Assembly (NCBI GenBank): GCA_000004985.1 | Contig: GG739421.1 | DNA from: Naegleria gruberi | Taxonomy: Eukaryota | Length of the DNA stretch: 1,446 bases | Direction: 5' to 3' (one strand) | Shown: positions 1 to 1,446 of the stretch, in pieces | Position numbering within the stretch: position 1 is the first letter of the stretch | How the letters are laid out: each line of letters begins with the position of its first letter | Made by a program: the position numbers and the translations under genes | The notes under the pieces: model-generated | Databases searched by the model: none | What the model saw: the letters and a program-made list of their open reading frames with translations, nothing else | What the model was told of the DNA's origin: nothing

Positions 1-26
1 TAATATATTTTAATAAATACTAATAT

Positions 27-32
27 TTTATT
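27..32 (-). promoter_or_regulatory. Candidate polyadenylation signal AATAAA (plus strand tttatt) 27-32 nt downstream of the TGA stop.
   Basis: Hexamer present at the expected distance 3' of the stop. In DNA this AT-rich, AATAAA occurs by chance quite often, so this is weak evidence. Confidence 0.25.
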
Positions 33-58
33 ATTATTTAATTAAACAATTTATGAAA

Positions 59-1078
59 TCATTTTAAATAATCAATTAAATTTAAAATAATTAAATTTTG
101 ATTATTTAAAGAAATTAAAATTTCATTTTTAGAAAATTGAATAAAATCATTAATATAATAATTTAAATCTAATTTAAATTTTAAAGTTCCATCAATATTC
201 CAAATAAAAATAAAATGATTACAAATTCCAATAATAAATTGATTAATAAATTTAATATTTTGACATTTACTTGAAATTATAATTTTAATTGGTTTACTTA
301 AATTATGAATTGAAAATAAAGTTAAATAATTAATTTCTCTACTTGAATGAATTAACCAATTATTATATTCATCTGTTGATATACTATTTATAGTAATATT
401 ATTTTCTAAAAATGGAAAATATTCATTTTCAATTATTAAATCTAAATTTAAAATTTTAATTTTATATAAACATGTAATAAATAATTTAGAATTAATTAAA
501 TTTATATTTAAAATACTTGAATCTAATTTAATTGATTTTAATAAATTTAAATCTTGATCTACCATATATAGAAATCCATTATCAAATCCAATATATAAAT
601 TATTATTAATAAAATTAATACAATTAATTATTTTTCCATTATTAATTTCATCCATATATAAATTTGGTGATAAAATTATTGATTTTTCTATATTTGTTAA
701 TAAATCTTCAATTTTAAATATTTTAATAAAATTACTTGTACAAATATAGATTGTATCTAAATTATTAATTATATTTAAAATTGGAAATGTATCTATTTTT
801 ATACTTGTTATTAATTCTAATTTTAAATTATAAATTTTAACTTGTCCAAAATCATTTCCAATTAAAATATATTCCATATTATTATTATTACTAGATATGG
901 TAGTATTATTATTAGTATCATTGGTATCATTATCATTAATTATTGTAGATATTGGTATATTCTTAATTTTTATCATACAAGTTGCTCTGATAGGTCTTTT
1001 TAATTCATCTTTTTGTATTTGATAAATTTCTTCTCTTGATGGATGAGAAAATTCTTGATTAAAAATTAGGCTTGTCAT
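59..1078 (-). CDS. Hypothetical Asn/Ile-rich protein, 339 aa; beta-propeller (WD40-like) repeat architecture suspected; intronless eukaryote-style gene. Coordinates include the TGA stop at 59-61.
   Basis: Single uninterrupted 340-codon frame (ATG at 1076-1078 as rev-comp cat; TGA at 59-61) in DNA where TAA/TAG/TGA should occur by chance about every 9-10 codons, so an open frame this long is essentially impossible without selection. It starts at the first ATG after an in-frame TAA 17 codons upstream. Codon usage is consistently AT-biased (AAT Asn, AAA Lys, AGA Arg, GGA Gly, CAA Gln, TGG Trp). The protein has repeated 'hydrophobic strand + G-x-D/N-G turn' units, for example GNDFGQVKIYNL (824-859), LYIGFDNGFLYMVD (557-598) and IWNIDGTLKFKL (170-205), about 7 units in all. 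No homology search was possible, so the fold and function assignment is inference. Confidence 0.8.
   Translation of the reverse strand: MTSLIFNQEFSHPSREEIYQIQKDELKRPIRATCMIKIKNIPISTIINDNDTNDTNNNTTISSNNNNMEYILIGNDFGQVKIYNLKLELITSIKIDTFPILNIINNLDTIYICTSNFIKIFKIEDLLTNIEKSIILSPNLYMDEINNGKIINCINFINNNLYIGFDNGFLYMVDQDLNLLKSIKLDSSILNINLINSKLFITCLYKIKILNLDLIIENEYFPFLENNITINSISTDEYNNWLIHSSREINYLTLFSIHNLSKPIKIIISSKCQNIKFINQFIIGICNHFIFIWNIDGTLKFKLDLNYYINDFIQFSKNEILISLNNQNLIILNLIDYLK
878..937 (-). repeat. In-frame low-complexity tract encoding NDNDTNDTNNNTTISSNNNN (residues 48-67). It includes a 9-bp tandem unit (plus strand AGTATCATT / GGTATCATT / ATCATT, 914-937) encoding (N-D-T)x2.7.
   Basis: Direct reading of the codons gives runs of AAT (Asn), ACT/ACC (Thr) and GAT (Asp). 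The plus-strand sequence agtatcatt-ggtatcatt-atcatt is a tandem 9-mer. Such tracts are typical of AT-rich eukaryotes (Dictyostelium, Plasmodium). Confidence 0.7.
1061..1075. repeat. Direct repeat copy A: AAAAATTAGGCTTGT (plus strand). It overlaps the start of the CDS (gene strand ATG-ACAAGCCTAATTTTT, codons T-S-L-I-F).
   Basis: 15-nt match (14/15 identities) with 1225-1239. The shared core TAGGCTTGT contains 4 G/C in a background of roughly 10% G+C, so a chance recurrence is unlikely. Confidence 0.6.
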
Positions 1079-1097
1079 ATCTTGAAGTATAAAGTTA

Positions 1098-1115
1098 ATG
1101 ATGATGGTGATGATA
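1098..1115. repeat. Imperfect trinucleotide tract ATG-ATG-ATG-GTG-ATG-ATA, i.e. (GAT)2-GGT-(GAT)2 in the other phase.
   Basis: Seen directly in the sequence. It reads (ATC/ACC)n on the gene strand. Confidence 0.5.
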
Positions 1116-1139
1116 TATTGATGTATTTAATGATCACTA

Positions 1140-1166
1140 GGTGGTGGTGATATTGATGATGAAAAT
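1140..1166. repeat. Imperfect trinucleotide tract (GGT)3-GAT-ATT-(GAT)2-GAA-AAT.
   Basis: Seen directly in the sequence. It is related to the tract at 1098-1115 and to TGATGATGAC at 1189-1198. The three tracts are in different phases and interrupted by stops, so they are not a continuous coding region. Confidence 0.5.
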
Positions 1167-1175
1167 ATTTTAGGC

Positions 1176-1211
1176 TTTTCCGAAGGCTTGATGATGACAA
1201 CTATCGGAAGA
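1176..1211. other. Candidate hairpin: stem TTCCGA (1178-1183) / TCGGAA (1204-1209), 6 bp perfect with 4 G:C. It extends to 8 bp with one G-U wobble (1177 pairing with 1210) and a T-A pair (1176 with 1211). Loop about 20 nt (1184-1203) containing AGGCTTGATGATGACAACTA.
   Basis: Inverted repeat read directly from the sequence. A GC-containing 6-mer inverted repeat is uncommon in DNA this AT-rich, but one such hit in 1.4 kb is not strongly significant. Confidence 0.25.
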
Positions 1212-1224
1212 TTTTAACAAGAGA

Positions 1225-1239
1225 AAAAACTAGGCTTGT
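1225..1239. repeat. Direct repeat copy B: AAAAACTAGGCTTGT (plus strand), 164 bp upstream (gene sense) of copy A.
   Basis: See copy A. On the gene strand it reads GCACAAGCCTAGTTTTTT. There is no ATG in front of it and stops follow in all frames, so it is non-coding. Confidence 0.6.
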
Positions 1240-1446
1240 GCTAATATTTTTTTTTGAAATTTGAAAAATAGAGAAATCATAACAATCATGTGATAAGATA
1301 TTGCCAATTTAATATGTTACTATAATAGATTTAGTATTTATTTTAGAATAATCGAAATGGATATTTATTTTTATTATTTACATTAAATATACCTTCAAGT
1401 ATTTACAAATATTGAATAATATGTTCAATAATTTCATTTGGAAGTA

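Larger units (their letters stand above)
1079..1260 (-). promoter_or_regulatory. 5' flank, putative promoter/5'UTR of the 59..1078 gene. G+C-enriched island (about 1090-1240) with an AGGCTT motif cluster, trinucleotide tracts and an A9 run (T9 on plus, 1247-1255).
   Basis: Lies immediately upstream of the first ATG. No ORF in any frame on either strand exceeds about 45 codons. The composition shifts visibly, with many more G/C than the surrounding DNA. The motif AGGCTT occurs at 1068, 1172, 1184 and 1232 and nowhere else in the window. Confidence 0.35.

Noticed and set aside
38-61. Alternative genetic code with TGA = Trp (mitochondrial/Mollicutes-like), which would extend the ORF 7 codons to the TAA at 38-40
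   Set aside because: Both Trp residues in the ORF use TGG and there is no internal TGA. AT-rich genomes that use code 4 encode Trp predominantly as TGA.
59-1078. Ciliate-type code (TAA/TAG = Gln) suggested by the TGA stop and extreme AT content
   Set aside because: TAA and TAG are completely absent from 339 codons in very AT-rich DNA, which shows they act as stops. Gln is encoded by CAA.
1098-1211. Box C/D snoRNA suggested by several UGAUGA (C-box-like) strings and a terminal stem
   Set aside because: No D box (CUGA) anywhere in 1100-1446 on the plus strand. The TGATGA strings are part of the GAT trinucleotide tracts.
1098-1216. Short plus-strand ORFs in the GC-enriched island (e.g. MMMVMIY*, DDGDDILMYLMITRWW*, SLGGGDIDDENILGFSEGLMMTTIGRF*)
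   Set aside because: All are under 30 codons, low-complexity and bounded by stops in every frame. The higher G+C is better explained by simple-sequence tracts than by coding.
1130-1250. tRNA gene in the GC-richer segment, which ends in a T9 run resembling a Pol III terminator
   Set aside because: No GTTCGA/T-loop motif, no acceptor-stem complementarity and no cloverleaf could be drawn. The T9 run is more simply the A-run of the minus-strand promoter.
1291-1298. GATA-type motif TGATAAGA
   Set aside because: A single 6-8-mer in AT-rich DNA is not significant on its own.
1378-1437. 19-codon minus-strand upstream ORF (MKLLNILFNICKYLKVYLM*)
   Set aside because: Short ORFs of this size are expected by chance, and there is no supporting feature.
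1079-1446. Hypothesis that the minus-strand gene has an upstream exon joined by a short AT-rich intron
   Set aside because: An in-frame TAA lies 17 codons upstream of the ATG. The only donor-like GTATAT (after a 15-codon mini-ORF starting at the minus-strand ATG 1435-1437) leads to acceptors that are followed immediately by stops in every phase.
1-1446. CRISPR arrays, IS elements/terminal inverted repeats, toxin-antitoxin pairs, phage integrase or att sites
   Set aside because: No repeat-spacer periodicity and no long inverted or direct terminal repeats. Only one ORF over 45 codons exists in the window, and its product does not resemble any such protein.

Overview
This 1446-bp window is extremely AT-rich; by eye G+C is about 10-15% over most of it, and no exact value was computed. 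It contains one convincing gene, a 339-codon intronless ORF on the minus strand at 59..1078 with TGA stop and TGG for Trp. The product is an Asn/Ile/Leu/Lys-rich protein with an internal poly-Asn/Thr/Asp low-complexity tract. It carries about seven repeats of a 'hydrophobic strand + G-x-[DN]-G turn' pattern that looks like a beta-propeller (WD40-like) fold.

The gene architecture is eukaryotic: no Shine-Dalgarno, a long AT-rich 5' flank, and a candidate AATAAA just past the stop. It recalls Dictyostelid, Plasmodium or anaerobic-fungal nuclear DNA. Its coding G+C is lower than usual even for those taxa, so an organellar or entomopoxvirus-like origin cannot be fully excluded. I see no prokaryotic system here: no CRISPR array, IS element, toxin-antitoxin pair or operon.

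The most unusual structure is in the roughly 170 bp directly 5' of the start codon, 1090..1240. This stretch is a G+C-enriched non-coding island, about 30% G+C by eye, inside very AT-rich DNA. It contains four copies of the motif AGGCTT(G). It also holds a 15-nt near-perfect direct repeat, AAAAA[T/C]TAGGCTTGT, whose first copy overlaps the start codon. Imperfect (GAT/GGT)n trinucleotide tracts and a 6-8 bp GC-containing hairpin sit in the same stretch.

A short open frame running off the right edge (ATG at 1421) may be the start of a divergently transcribed neighbour.
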